Part shown: positions 9,880 through 21,000 of the stretch, piece after piece
Numbering within the stretch: position 1 is the stretch's first letter
How the letters are laid out: every line of letters begins with the position of its first letter
Source of the DNA: Flavobacteriaceae bacterium
GTDB taxonomy: Bacteria; Bacteroidota; Bacteroidia; Flavobacteriales; Flavobacteriaceae
Assembly (NCBI GenBank): GCA_018647605.1
Contig: JABGSU010000208.1
Span: 1-42,113, forward strand
Direction of reading: 5' to 3'
Length of the DNA stretch: 42,113 bases
Position numbers and translations under genes: made by a program
Notes under the pieces: generated by a model
The model's input: the letters and a program-made list of their open reading frames with translations, nothing else
What the model was told of the DNA's origin: nothing
Databases searched by the model: none

Positions 9880-9889
9880 GTTTTTGGTT

Positions 9890-12800
9890 TTAGATTTTTA
9901 GTAAGTCCAGGAATACAATCATTTTTTGATATTCTCCCGATCTACTGAATAGGGACTGGCTTGTTTTGACGTCTAGTTTATTGCCTTTAAAATGGATCAC
10001 ACTTCCGTCTTTGGCGTAGACCTCTATAACATTTTCGTCAGATTTTTGATAAACTACTGGTACTTGGCAAATGGTAAAGGCAAGGGATTTTGGCTCTATC
10101 TGAATTTGATTTTTTTTCTGAAGTACGTCTACGTAGGAGAATAGCTGACCTTGTTCTATAAATTCGTGATCTCTCAGTAAAAGAGGTTCAAAACTAAGAG
10201 TTCCTTCTTTGATTTTCACACCCAATTCTCCTGATCTACTGAGCAAGTCTTCCTTGACCTGACCGGTCATTCCTGGTTGTTGTGCTCCTTTTCCTTTGGG
10301 GGTATGGGAGTATGGGTCGGTTGGAAAAGCTCCGTATAACTCGGGAGATTTGTTTACACCAATGCCATCATTGATTTGATGAAAATGAATGGTCAATCGG
10401 TCGATCAATTTTTTGTCGGCATCGGATGCTATGGCTTCTGAAACGGCTTCGCAATTGGCCAATAAGAGTTTTGAAACCATGTGCCAATAGATGGACCCCA
10501 GTCCTTCGTATCCAAAGAATGTCCCCGATCTTCCAGTAAATGATTTGTGATTAAATACGGATTCGTAAATTGAAAAAAGGGCTTCTGATTCTTGTAAAAC
10601 TAGGCTTTGGTATTGGATCGGAAGTTGGACCAATGCCTTTTTAAGTCCGTTGACATTATTAAAATCAGCATTAAAATGGTACTGACCCAATACGTCTTTT
10701 GAGATAATTTCGCTGTTATTGTTTTGGATAAGTTTTTGTAACAAAGCATTATCAGCTACCTTCTCATGAGGTATGTTGTTTTTTTGGAGGAATTGGGGAA
10801 GGTTTCTATCGGGATAAAGAATGTAACTGTTTTGATCTTCTCTGTAGAGTTTGCTTTGTCTCAAACTATCCAAAAGCTCAACAGTCTCATGTGTCGATAG
10901 AAAACCTGAACTCAAAACGGCCACTTGCCCCTCCAGCATTTCAGAGAGGTAGGAGATGCTCATTTTGTCTTCTTCCACAGCCACCAAATTATAGGCATGA
11001 TAGAGTCGATCTTCTCTTTTATTGGCTTTGATAGTGTGTTCTACAAAAGCAGTGGTCAATGTGATGAAGGAGTCTAATTTTTCAGTACTTACGGATACTT
11101 TTTTAGCGGTATGACCATGGGAATATATCTCTTGACGGTATTGACTTGCTGCCATTCCAAGGTTTTGAAAAATGGTCTTGCGATCTCGATCGTTGATTGG
11201 AGCATTAAGTAAATCTTGGTGTTCCTCAAAGGTGTGAACGATTTGATTGAAGAATTGATTTAACTCCTCAGAAATGGTAAAACTGGATTGTTCAACACGA
11301 GAAATGAGGGTTTTGAAAAAGGGTAAAAATCTTCTTAAATAGTAGAGTGTAACCATAGAAACACCATTACCCACAAGGGCATTGTTGGCATCGTTCCATT
11401 CAGGTCGTTGGGTGTTCATCCAAATCCCAGCCTCAGGAATTAAGTTAGAGACTTTGGCCATGAGGGTAATTAAGATTTTCTCAATAAAATTGACTTTGTA
11501 TATCTCCCCTTTAGCGTCTTGAAGTAAAGCTCCATCTGCTCCAATTATATTTTTTCTATTTTGAATTTTCTCATGAGCTTCCTCATCAAAATCGATTGTA
11601 TTTTTGGAATCTTTGAGTATTTCTTCAACGGCTTTGATTTTGTAGGGGACGTTGGCAAAAACAAATAAATCCTGTTCGAGTATTCCATTAAGTTTGTTTG
11701 GAAAATAGTTTTCACTAAACTCTAAGAACTTAAGTAAATAAATTATCTGATGATCGCCCCAGTAACCAATGTAGGACCATGGATTGTCGGGTTCAATGGT
11801 TTCCCAATCAAAACCGTCTCTTGTGAGTCGGTAGGGATTGTAACCTTCAAAAGTAGTTGCATTTAAAAATTTATATATCATCCCCTCGATAAAATCGGGA
11901 TAGGAGTGGGCAAGAGCTTCCCAGTTTTGAAAAATGTCTCTCCAGTTCCCTTGGTAGTCGAGTATTTTTGATCCATCCACCTCATTTTTAGTGTTGATGG
12001 AGAATTTGTTCCATGGACGACTGGGATCTCCATGTCTTCTGCTAAATTTCAACGGAAGATATTCTTTTGCCAATCTAACAAAATCTGTATCGGATTCTTG
12101 CGCTAGGAGTACTTTAATTGTTTCTAAGTCAAATTTCTCATCAAGCTTTTTTAAGACCTCTATTTTATTTTGGTAGAGTTCTTTATTGGCTGCAGCTAAA
12201 TATTTGGAAAAATGAGATTTTTCGATAGTGTAATTGAAATCGAAAATTCCCCCTCTCATAATATTGAATAGGGTATTTGAAAAATGTCTGGTATTTCTTT
12301 GTCCATCGGCGGTGATCTGCAAACCATCGGCTGCAGCCACCAAACGAATCAATTCCTCTGATCCAAGGACAATGTCTTGATTTAACGATTCAGATAGGTT
12401 TTCCTTATTGATAAGGCGTTCCCGAATCTCGATTAATTGGTTGATGTTTTGATTGACATCGGCCACAATGGTCCAATTTTTTGAGGATTTGGGTGCGAGT
12501 TTAAAATCGGTATTTATAAAGTAGGCCCCTTTCTCTGCTCTTATTTCTGATTCATTTTCAATGGAATATCCCGCTCGAAATTGATCCAATTGTAGAGAGG
12601 ATAATAAGTGTTTTGGGTTTTCAAATCCTAGAGACCATACTGTATTGACTTTTAATGCTTCACTGGGTTCTGCTCTATCCACAATCAGGGCGGAGAGGGA
12701 ATAAATCCCCAAGCCACTTTCTTGGTCTATTTCATTTTTTTTATAGGCATCGGCCAAATTACTGCTTCCTGCTTGTAGGCTTTCTTCTATGCCCCAAGGG

Positions 12801-13357
12801 AGTATGTTTTGAAGTCCATCGATCAAACTGATATTGGTGGAGTCAAGGGCTTGATTATGTAATGTTGCTTCACGGACAAAACCGAAACGATCACTGGTTT
12901 TCCATGAGTATGAAAAAGTCAAGTTAAGATCGTGATTGATTTCTTCAAATATGATTTTGTTCCCTAGCGAATTTTTATAAAGATTTCTTGATGTTTTGTA
13001 AATCCCCTGTTGTCTGTGAGAGAAGGGCTCCCAAAGAAGGGTAGTTTGGGCTTTTGAAACAAGTAAGATAGTTTTACTTCCTGTATTTTCGACTGATTCA
13101 ATGATTTTATCATCAGTGTAGTAGGGAAATAGCGCATTGCTACTGTCTTTCCTTCCTGCTGTAAGACCACCAGTGCTGGATATGAAAAGCCAGTGGTTAG
13201 AGTTACTAACCAAGCTCATAAAGAAGGGACGCATACCGTCCACATTTGAGATTTTGAAGAAGTTTTCTCCTTCGATAAGTATTTCCTCTCCCTTTACAGG
13301 ATTTTTGGGATGTAAACTATAATTTTCTAAAAATTGTTTTTCTTCTAAGTTGATCAT
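9890..13357 (-). CDS. large cytoplasmic GH94-clan glycoside phosphorylase, GH149-like (putative beta-1,3-glucan / laminari-oligosaccharide phosphorylase)
   Basis: 1155-aa ORF with no signal peptide. The motifs GNWRDIFQNWE and RPEWNDANNAL resemble the GH94-type RDxxQD and catalytic DWND motifs. The ~130 kDa size and the position between GH16 and GH17 in a laminarin PUL match what is published for bacterial GH149. Confidence 0.55.
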   Translation of the reverse strand: MINLEEKQFLENYSLHPKNPVKGEEILIEGENFFKISNVDGMRPFFMSLVSNSNHWLFISSTGGLTAGRKDSSNALFPYYTDDKIIESVENTGSKTILLVSKAQTTLLWEPFSHRQQGIYKTSRNLYKNSLGNKIIFEEINHDLNLTFSYSWKTSDRFGFVREATLHNQALDSTNISLIDGLQNILPWGIEESLQAGSSNLADAYKKNEIDQESGLGIYSLSALIVDRAEPSEALKVNTVWSLGFENPKHLLSSLQLDQFRAGYSIENESEIRAEKGAYFINTDFKLAPKSSKNWTIVADVNQNINQLIEIRERLINKENLSESLNQDIVLGSEELIRLVAAADGLQITADGQRNTRHFSNTLFNIMRGGIFDFNYTIEKSHFSKYLAAANKELYQNKIEVLKKLDEKFDLETIKVLLAQESDTDFVRLAKEYLPLKFSRRHGDPSRPWNKFSINTKNEVDGSKILDYQGNWRDIFQNWEALAHSYPDFIEGMIYKFLNATTFEGYNPYRLTRDGFDWETIEPDNPWSYIGYWGDHQIIYLLKFLEFSENYFPNKLNGILEQDLFVFANVPYKIKAVEEILKDSKNTIDFDEEAHEKIQNRKNIIGADGALLQDAKGEIYKVNFIEKILITLMAKVSNLIPEAGIWMNTQRPEWNDANNALVGNGVSMVTLYYLRRFLPFFKTLISRVEQSSFTISEELNQFFNQIVHTFEEHQDLLNAPINDRDRKTIFQNLGMAASQYRQEIYSHGHTAKKVSVSTEKLDSFITLTTAFVEHTIKANKREDRLYHAYNLVAVEEDKMSISYLSEMLEGQVAVLSSGFLSTHETVELLDSLRQSKLYREDQNSYILYPDRNLPQFLQKNNIPHEKVADNALLQKLIQNNNSEIISKDVLGQYHFNADFNNVNGLKKALVQLPIQYQSLVLQESEALFSIYESVFNHKSFTGRSGTFFGYEGLGSIYWHMVSKLLLANCEAVSEAIASDADKKLIDRLTIHFHQINDGIGVNKSPELYGAFPTDPYSHTPKGKGAQQPGMTGQVKEDLLSRSGELGVKIKEGTLSFEPLLLRDHEFIEQGQLFSYVDVLQKKNQIQIEPKSLAFTICQVPVVYQKSDENVIEVYAKDGSVIHFKGNKLDVKTSQSLFSRSGEYQKMIVFLDLLKI

Positions 13358-13618
13358 TCAACTGATATTTTTTTATTTAAAACCTTAACACTGGTGGTTT
13401 TTTATAATCTAAACCACGTGGTTAAACTGGGCTATATATGAGGCTGAATTAAAATCGGCTGAGTCATTGATAATCGTACTTCAATAATATATGTCTTATA
13501 GGTTTCTTCTTTCCAATTAAAATTTTTCGTAGTTAACCGCTAGGCTAGATCTCCAGTTTTGAAGAGCCTCTCTTAATTCATAAGGTCGAAAGTTTTATTC
13601 CGTTAAACCGTTTACCAT

Positions 13619-14629
13619 TTAACGATAGACTCTTACATAGTCAATTTCCATAGAACTTTCATTGAAATCTTCAGGAATTTGTCCTCCAGTATTACCTCCC
13701 ATAGCAACATTTAATATGATAAATTGTGGTTTATCATAAGGCCAGTTGTCCTCAGTTTTATTTTCAGGACTGTAGGTGTAATATTCGTTTCCGTCAATAG
13801 AAAAGACGATTTCGTCAGGCGTCCAATTTACAGAGTAAATGTGGAAAGCTGTGGTTGAAGTTGGGGCATCAATTAACTTAACGTTTATAGTATTACCTGA
13901 ACTGGATTGATTATGAAGAGCAGCAGAAATCTTGGTTTTATCCCAACCTTTTTGTTCCATAATGTCTATTTCTCCACACTTTGGCCAACCAACGGTGGAA
14001 ATATTAGAACCCAACATCCATAAGGCCGGCCAAGTACCAGCAGCAGAGGGGAGTTTGGCTCGAATTTCAACTTTTCCATAAGTAAAACTGAATTTACCTT
14101 GAGATTTCAATCGAGCAGAGGTATAATCAGCTCCTTCGTAAGTTTCTTTCTTTGCCTTTATTTTTAGAAAGCCATCCTCCACTATTACATTATCACTGCG
14201 TGAAGTATAGTACTGGGATTCTTGATTTCCCCAACCATTATCTCCAGTACCAATATCATAAGTCCATTTTGAATTCATAGGGGAACCTTCGGTATCAAAT
14301 TCATCAAACCAGTAAAGATCGGTATTACCCAGATATGCTCTATCTCCATTTACGTCATTGATGATTTCTTGCAGTTCCGTTAATGTTGTTGGAATTGGAT
14401 TTGCATTAGCAATAGCAATTTCATATTTCTCTTGGTTATCCTCCAAATTTTGTACACCTGCGTTTGATAAGTCTTCGATAGAAGGAGTTCCTCCATCGGC
14501 TGGACTTTGAGATTCTGTTACAATTGTTTCAATAAGTTCCGCTACATAGGGAATATTTTGATCTTTTGCACAAGATGTAAAAAATAAAAAAAGAAAAAGA
14601 CTTTTGTATGTAAGGTTAATTTTTTCCAT
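13619..14629 (-). CDS. glycoside hydrolase family 16 laminarinase (endo-beta-1,3-glucanase), lipoprotein
   Basis: 336-aa ORF with a lipoprotein signal (FFTSCAKD). It has the GH16 catalytic motif ExDxxE as GEIDIMEQ, preceded by WPALWMLG. Confidence 0.85.
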   Translation of the reverse strand: MEKINLTYKSLFLFLFFTSCAKDQNIPYVAELIETIVTESQSPADGGTPSIEDLSNAGVQNLEDNQEKYEIAIANANPIPTTLTELQEIINDVNGDRAYLGNTDLYWFDEFDTEGSPMNSKWTYDIGTGDNGWGNQESQYYTSRSDNVIVEDGFLKIKAKKETYEGADYTSARLKSQGKFSFTYGKVEIRAKLPSAAGTWPALWMLGSNISTVGWPKCGEIDIMEQKGWDKTKISAALHNQSSSGNTINVKLIDAPTSTTAFHIYSVNWTPDEIVFSIDGNEYYTYSPENKTEDNWPYDKPQFIILNVAMGGNTGGQIPEDFNESSMEIDYVRVYR

Positions 14630-14854
14630 TCAATTTAGTGAGATAGTTATCTATTATACCATCAAAATAATTAAGCTTAGTTAATGTTTTGAATATTTGA
14701 TTTATTTAAAATTTTTAAAAAAATAGATTAATTTAAAAGAGGTTTTGCGAGTACCAAAATGTTTTAACTCTAGCGTGATGGTCGAACAAAACTTATGAAA
14801 ATTAACCCATTAGTTTGTTGGATTTTAAATTGTTTACGTGTTTAAATTAATAGT

Positions 14855-14886
14855 TAAAAAAACCCCGCACAAAAATTGCACGGGGT
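14855..14886 (-). terminator. putative rho-independent terminator after the susC-susD-SGBP unit
   Basis: The minus strand reads CCCCGTGCAATTTTTGTGCGGGG followed by TTTTTTT, about 15 nt downstream of the stop at 14900. Confidence 0.55.
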
Positions 14887-14899
14887 TAATTGTATTCAA

Positions 14900-16369
14900 T
14901 TAATAAAAGTAAAGGTTATCGATGTAGAACGTTTGAGTTCCGTCTCCACCATCAAAAATAATCTGTCCAATTTTACCATCAGCAGTTAAAGTGGTAAAAT
15001 CACTCAATGCTAATACAACATTGGTCCATGTTTCTATTGCGGCAGCTTCAGTAACGGTAACTATAGGATCAAAAAGATCTCCTGCATATTCACCATCAGC
15101 TCCATAATCGACAAGTTTCAATTTTAGAGTGGCTCCATTAGGTGTCCAGTAGTCAAATGTAACGTGAGTTACATCAGCAATAGAAACTCTATTTGCAGCG
15201 TCACCTCCAACATTATTAATTCCAACAAAGTTAAAGTTAGCTAGTTTTTTTACTGCATTATCAGCAATAGTCTCTTCAGTTGAGACAGTTGTTTGTCCCC
15301 AGTTTGGTGCAAATGTTGAAGCTAAATCGGTATAGGCATCACTGAATATCGAAATAACTGTTGAAGCCTCAGCAGATGGTGCTGTAGGAGCATCCTCTGG
15401 AGCAGTTATTACAGGACATCCAGAATCTTGTGTACCAGCAACAGTTGGACACTCATCATAAGCATCAATTACACCATCTCCATCAGTATCTGTTTGAGGA
15501 ATGGCTGCACCTGTTGTTCCTTCTTTGGCCAATTTCATTCTCCAATAATTCGTACCATCATATACTTTAAACACTGTCATTGTGTTTCCGTCATCTGAAA
15601 AAGATACGTCGGTATAAGTTATGCTTTCGTCAGCAGCTGAACCTGTTGCCAATTCACCAGTTTCACCTAATTTGAATAAACCTAGGTATGAACCACTACC
15701 AGAAATTGTAATAGTGTTTCCTTCTTCGTCATATGCCCAAGTACCTGGAGATGAACCATCCCATGGAGCTATAGTCGTTGCACAACCTTCAGGATCATTT
15801 CCAAATGCAGGCTCAATCCAAGTCTGGTCTCCAGGAGTACTTTGATAAGTACCATCTGCACTAAACTCAAATACATCATCAAAAAGACAATCTCTTGTTA
15901 AAACATCAGCAAGTTGATTTGACCACCAAGAGAAGTCAGTAGCAGATGGTCCTATTCCCAATGCTCCCGCATCGTGTAATACTACCCATCTTCCTTCTAC
16001 TGGAGAAGGATCTGGTTCGGTATAATCAACTGATACCTCTTGTGATGCATCGGCATTCTGAAATCCAAGTGCAGAAGCAGTTACAACAATAGTATAGGTT
16101 GCATCTGATTCAGGATAAGTATAGGATACTCCTGGCCCAGCTGATGTTAAAACATCATCGTCTGCTGAACTTCCAAAATCAATAGAATAAGATGTTCCTT
16201 CGGTAGACGTAGGAGTTACTGTAATTACATTACCTGCTCCACTTGCTTCAGCTGTAAATGATACATTTGAAATAAGTGGGATTTCAGGGTCAGCTTCGTC
16301 TTTACTACATGAATAAATAATACATAACCCAGCAAGGGCAAGCATTCCTTTGTTTAGATAATTTTTCAT
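14900..16369 (-). CDS. surface glycan-binding lipoprotein (SGBP) with a PKD-like N-terminal domain and a thrombospondin type-3 Ca-binding repeat
   Basis: 489-aa ORF with a lipoprotein signal (IIYSCSKD). There is an Ig/PKD-like segment after the signal. DTDGDGVIDAYDECP is a TSP3 repeat. The position immediately downstream of susD is typical for SGBPs. Confidence 0.65.
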   Translation of the reverse strand: MKNYLNKGMLALAGLCIIYSCSKDEADPEIPLISNVSFTAEASGAGNVITVTPTSTEGTSYSIDFGSSADDDVLTSAGPGVSYTYPESDATYTIVVTASALGFQNADASQEVSVDYTEPDPSPVEGRWVVLHDAGALGIGPSATDFSWWSNQLADVLTRDCLFDDVFEFSADGTYQSTPGDQTWIEPAFGNDPEGCATTIAPWDGSSPGTWAYDEEGNTITISGSGSYLGLFKLGETGELATGSAADESITYTDVSFSDDGNTMTVFKVYDGTNYWRMKLAKEGTTGAAIPQTDTDGDGVIDAYDECPTVAGTQDSGCPVITAPEDAPTAPSAEASTVISIFSDAYTDLASTFAPNWGQTTVSTEETIADNAVKKLANFNFVGINNVGGDAANRVSIADVTHVTFDYWTPNGATLKLKLVDYGADGEYAGDLFDPIVTVTEAAAIETWTNVVLALSDFTTLTADGKIGQIIFDGGDGTQTFYIDNLYFY

Positions 16370-16441
16370 TTTTTAAAATTTAATATTAATTGACTAATTG
16401 CTTCTGATTGTTTGTTAATTGTGATCAAAAGATTTTTTAAA

Positions 16442-18007
16442 CTAATACCCAGGATTTTGTCCCCAGCTATCGATTGCGTTTGCTAAATTTATTTCTTCGA
16501 GAGGTATGGGAAATACCTCATTTTTTCCATTTGTAAAATTGATTTTTCTTCTCGTTTTTTCTTCCTCTGTTAAGTCCTCACCATCGATGGCTGTATTATA
16601 AGCAGAAAAAGCTTCTGCTGCTTTCCCAGTTCTAACCAAATCAAAGAATCGATGTCCTTCACCAGCCAACTCTAAACGTCTTTCATGATATATAGCTTCA
16701 AGTAAATTGCTCTCACCATTGAAGGGATAGTTGCGTGAACTGTTTTGAAAAGCTCTCTCTCTTACTTGGTTTAAATAATTTACTGCATTGGCTCCTCCAG
16801 TTTGAGCCTCTGCTTCAGCTGCCATCAATAACACATCAGAATAGCGTATTACACGGTAATTATTTTGATAACTAACAGGATCTGAGGAAACTGTAGGTTC
16901 ATTTTTATTTACTAAGTATTTCTTATTGTAGTAACCTGAATTTTCTCTACTGACACCATAGGTACCACTCCGAGGAGCAAATACAGTAACGCCTCTTCGA
17001 ATGTCAGAAGGACTGTATTGTTGGTAAAGGTATTTTGAGAAAAAATTGATTCCCCAACCTGATTTATAGGTTGTGTCATCAAAAGGAGGTCTTGGTCCGT
17101 TGCTTTGAGGCATGTAATTTCCCGCATTACAATGAAGACAGTCCCAGTTGTTTCCTACAACCCCAGTATATTGGACTTCAAATACTGACTCGGAGGAATT
17201 TTCACCACTTCTTGTAAAAAGATTTCTGTAAGCAGAACCTGTTAGTAATTGATAATTTCCACTATTGATTACCTCATTAAATTGATTTGCCGCTTCTTGA
17301 AAATTACGATGATATAAGTAAACTTTTCCCAATAAAGCTTTTGCAGCCCCTCTTTTAATTTTATAGATTTCTGAACTTGGCCTTGTTTCTGGTAAATTAG
17401 GGATAGCCTCTTTTAAATCTTCTTCTATTAGACTGTAAATATCTTCAACGCCTCCAACTCTATTGATTATGTATTGATCTCCAAATAAGATTCTTTTATC
17501 TGCAATCCTATTGATTCCATTTCTTTCCTCAACAACCAGAGGAACATCTCCGAAAAATTTTGCCAGTTCAAAAACAAAGTGAGCTCTAAGGAAATAGGCC
17601 TGTGCCATGACGTCATCTTTACCCTCAAAATCAATTTTGTCTTTAAATTCCAATACATAGTTTGCTCTGTTATAAGCAGCATACATCAATTGCCAAATAA
17701 GTTGAATTTGATCGTTGTCCGAAGGAGAATGTATCATTTTATCAATCCTTTGGAGTGTTGGCTGATCGAATGTATTTGGATCACCTCCAGCAATAATATC
17801 ATCAGAAGCAGTATGACCCACCATTACATTGTAGAGGGTTGTTTGTAGCATATCATAGACCCCAATCAATGCCTCTTCAAACTCACTTTCATCATTGAAA
17901 AAGTTTTCTGAATTGGGAGCATCAGGAACTATGTCAATGTATTTGCTACATGCGTTTATGAAAATCAACGAAACGAAAAGGGCGTAAGTGTAATATATTT
18001 TTTTCAT
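16442..18007 (-). CDS. susD: SusD/RagB family nutrient-binding outer-membrane lipoprotein
   Basis: 521-aa ORF with a lipoprotein signal (FINACSKY). It has the ERRLELAGEGHRFFDLVR motif and a C-terminal FPIPLEEINLAN...GQNPGY. Confidence 0.9.
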   Translation of the reverse strand: MKKIYYTYALFVSLIFINACSKYIDIVPDAPNSENFFNDESEFEEALIGVYDMLQTTLYNVMVGHTASDDIIAGGDPNTFDQPTLQRIDKMIHSPSDNDQIQLIWQLMYAAYNRANYVLEFKDKIDFEGKDDVMAQAYFLRAHFVFELAKFFGDVPLVVEERNGINRIADKRILFGDQYIINRVGGVEDIYSLIEEDLKEAIPNLPETRPSSEIYKIKRGAAKALLGKVYLYHRNFQEAANQFNEVINSGNYQLLTGSAYRNLFTRSGENSSESVFEVQYTGVVGNNWDCLHCNAGNYMPQSNGPRPPFDDTTYKSGWGINFFSKYLYQQYSPSDIRRGVTVFAPRSGTYGVSRENSGYYNKKYLVNKNEPTVSSDPVSYQNNYRVIRYSDVLLMAAEAEAQTGGANAVNYLNQVRERAFQNSSRNYPFNGESNLLEAIYHERRLELAGEGHRFFDLVRTGKAAEAFSAYNTAIDGEDLTEEEKTRRKINFTNGKNEVFPIPLEEINLANAIDSWGQNPGY

Positions 18008-18012
18008 TTTGT

Positions 18013-21000
18013 TTAAAAGTTTAAGCTTGTGCCAATTAAGAATGTTTTTGCAACTGGATAAAATCCTTTGTCAATTCCTGAACCAATTGGTTCTCCTTTT
18101 CCATCGGTTCCTCCACCAACTGCTGAGGGATCGTAACCTTTATAATTGGTAAATGTGAATAAATTGTTACCAGAGAGATAAATTCTACATTTTTTTATTG
18201 CAAACTGTTGTAATATTGTCTCTTTAAAAGTGTAACCGAATTGTATATTTTGAATTCGAAGATAGGAGGCGTCCTCAACAAAATAATCAGAAAAATTATC
18301 GAAACTAACTGAAGCACCATTAACAGGTCTAGGCACTGTATTGCTTAGATTGGTTGTTGTCCAACTGTCCATAACATATGAGCCTTTGTTTGAATATAAA
18401 TTTTTTCGCTCGTAGTCTCTAACGAGATCATTTCCAAGGGAAGCAAAGGAGGAGGCGCTAAAATCCATATTCTTATAGTTGATTCCAAACGTTAACCCCA
18501 TTGTCATATCAGGAATGGGGTCACCTAAGTAGGTTTTATCCTCAACGGTTATGGTATTGTCTCCATTAACATCTACAAATTTTAAGTCTCCCGGTTTGGC
18601 ATTTGTGTGATAGACCTTTGTTCCACCATTTGTTGGAACTGGAGCGTTAAAATTTAAAGCATCAATCTCAGCCTGGTTTTGATAAACTCCGTCAGTCTTA
18701 TATCCATAAAAGTAGCCAATGGGATGACCTGCTTCCATTCTTGAGGTTCTTAAATTTTCTCCAACCATAAATGAACCTCCCTCAAGAAAACCTTCAGTAC
18801 TCCCAACATATACTACCTCATTGTAAAGTTTACTAAAGTTATAACTAACATTAAATCTTAAGTTGTCATTAATGGCTTTGTTGTAGGATATTAGTGCCTC
18901 AAATCCTTCGTTGAGAACATCTCCCGCATTTATAATGGGAGGGGATGATCCAGGAGCTGCTGCCCCCAAAACCCCAGAAACATTTGCCTGTACCAACAGG
19001 TCATTTGTTTTCTTTGAAAAAACGTCTAAACTAAAACTAAGATCATTATCTAAAAATTTAGCATCAATTCCAATATTCCCAGACACTGTATTTTCCCATC
19101 TAATTTCTGGATTGGATAAGCCTCCTATTGCTTTTCCCATCAACACATCGTCAGCATCTAATTCATCGTTGTTTGTATATAGAGCCTCTCCATCTAATAA
19201 AGAAATGAATCTGTTTAAATCAATTCTATCACTCCCAATAACGCCATAACTTGCTCTTAGTTTAAGATAACTAACTGTTGAGTTGTTTCTTAAGAAATTT
19301 TCCTCGGAAATGTTCCAACCCAATGATCCAGAAGGAAAATATCCATAACGATTAACTTTTCCGAATTTTGAGGATCCATCTCTTCTTAATACCGCTGATA
19401 ATAAATATTTATCATTGTAAGTATATTGTATTCTCGCAAAAATAGATTCCAATCTGCTTATGAATTTATTTTCTCCATCTGCTATTTGAATTTCATTAAA
19501 ACGTTTACGAATGTTTTCAGGGGGTACATACGCAAAAATAGCTTCCTCTATTGAATTTCGATTATTGATTAAGCCTCTACCAGACCTTCCAGTAAATAAG
19601 CCCTTAAATTCCTGAATTGATGTTCCAATCAATGCATTTATTTTGTGGCTTTCATCGAATTCTTTAGAATAGGTAATGAAGTTTTCCCATTTGTAATCTT
19701 CATAGAAGTCCACGTTGTCAGTCACTGAATTTCCATCATCTTTAATGATGTTTGGATTGTCTTCAACCGTACCTTGTTTTCCTGGGCCATAATTAAATAC
19801 TGGTAAAAATATATTTGTTAAAACGGCTGCATGGTTGTGTTGGAATTTGGATTCTAGCTTTAAACCCTTTGTAATATTGTAAGAAATACCAAATGTTGTA
19901 GATATTTTATCGATTCTAGAAGTATTGTAAGTATTTTCAATCATTGCGATTGGATTGACTACCTCCCTTGCAGATACTAGGGTTTCTCCATAACCATTTC
20001 CATTTGGGTCAGTGCTTCTGACGGGGGTAAATGGATCTATATTTAGAGCACTGTATAGTACCGAACCAATGCTACTTTCTATAAGATTATTTTTGGTAGA
20101 GTTAGTGTAAATAGCTGACCCTGATAATTTGATCTTGTCAAAAATGTCATATTGCAGATTAAATCTGGCCGTAGTTCTGGTGTAGTTCGATTTTTCTAAA
20201 CCAACTATACCATCTTGATCTAGATAAGAGGCTCCGAAAGAATAAGCAAGTTTTTCTGTTCCACCGTTAAAACCAACATTTGTATTGTGTATGGCTGCAG
20301 TTTCAAAGACTGCATCTTGCCAATCTGTAAAAGTTTCAATGGGATTGTTTGGGTCCTTCAAACCAAAAACCAATCTTCTATTCTCTATGGTGTTAAACTT
20401 AATGCGTCCTCCTCCATTAACTGACGCGTTGTTAATGAAATTAGCATAATCGTATGCGTTCTCAATTAAATCAACTTTCTTACTGGTATTTTGAAAACCG
20501 TAGTAAGAATCAACATTTACTCTAATTGGAGTATTTTTTCTTCCTGTTTTTGTTTCAATTAAAATTACTCCATTGGCTCCCTGAACACCGTAAATACCAG
20601 CGGTTGCATCCTTTAGGATATTGATACTTTTTATATCATTAGGATTGATTACCGATAAATCTTCGATAATGTTACCATCAACTAAAATTAATGGACGACT
20701 GTCTCCATTGGTTGAAATTCCACGGATACGAATGTTTACTCCACTACCAGGAGAACCTGATGCTGTGGTTACATTTACTCCAGCAACTTGACCTTGTATG
20801 GCCTGTTCAACTCTAACAGGGTTAAGTTTTTCTATATCTTTAGAACCCAATACAGATACCGCGCCTGTAACTTCTTTTTTGGACTGTGAACCGTAGCCAA
20901 CCAACACAACTTCACTTAACTCACTAGTGGAAGGTTCTAAGTAAACTGTTATATTGTTATTATTTTCATCAACTACAATTTCTTGAGAGTTGTAACCGAG

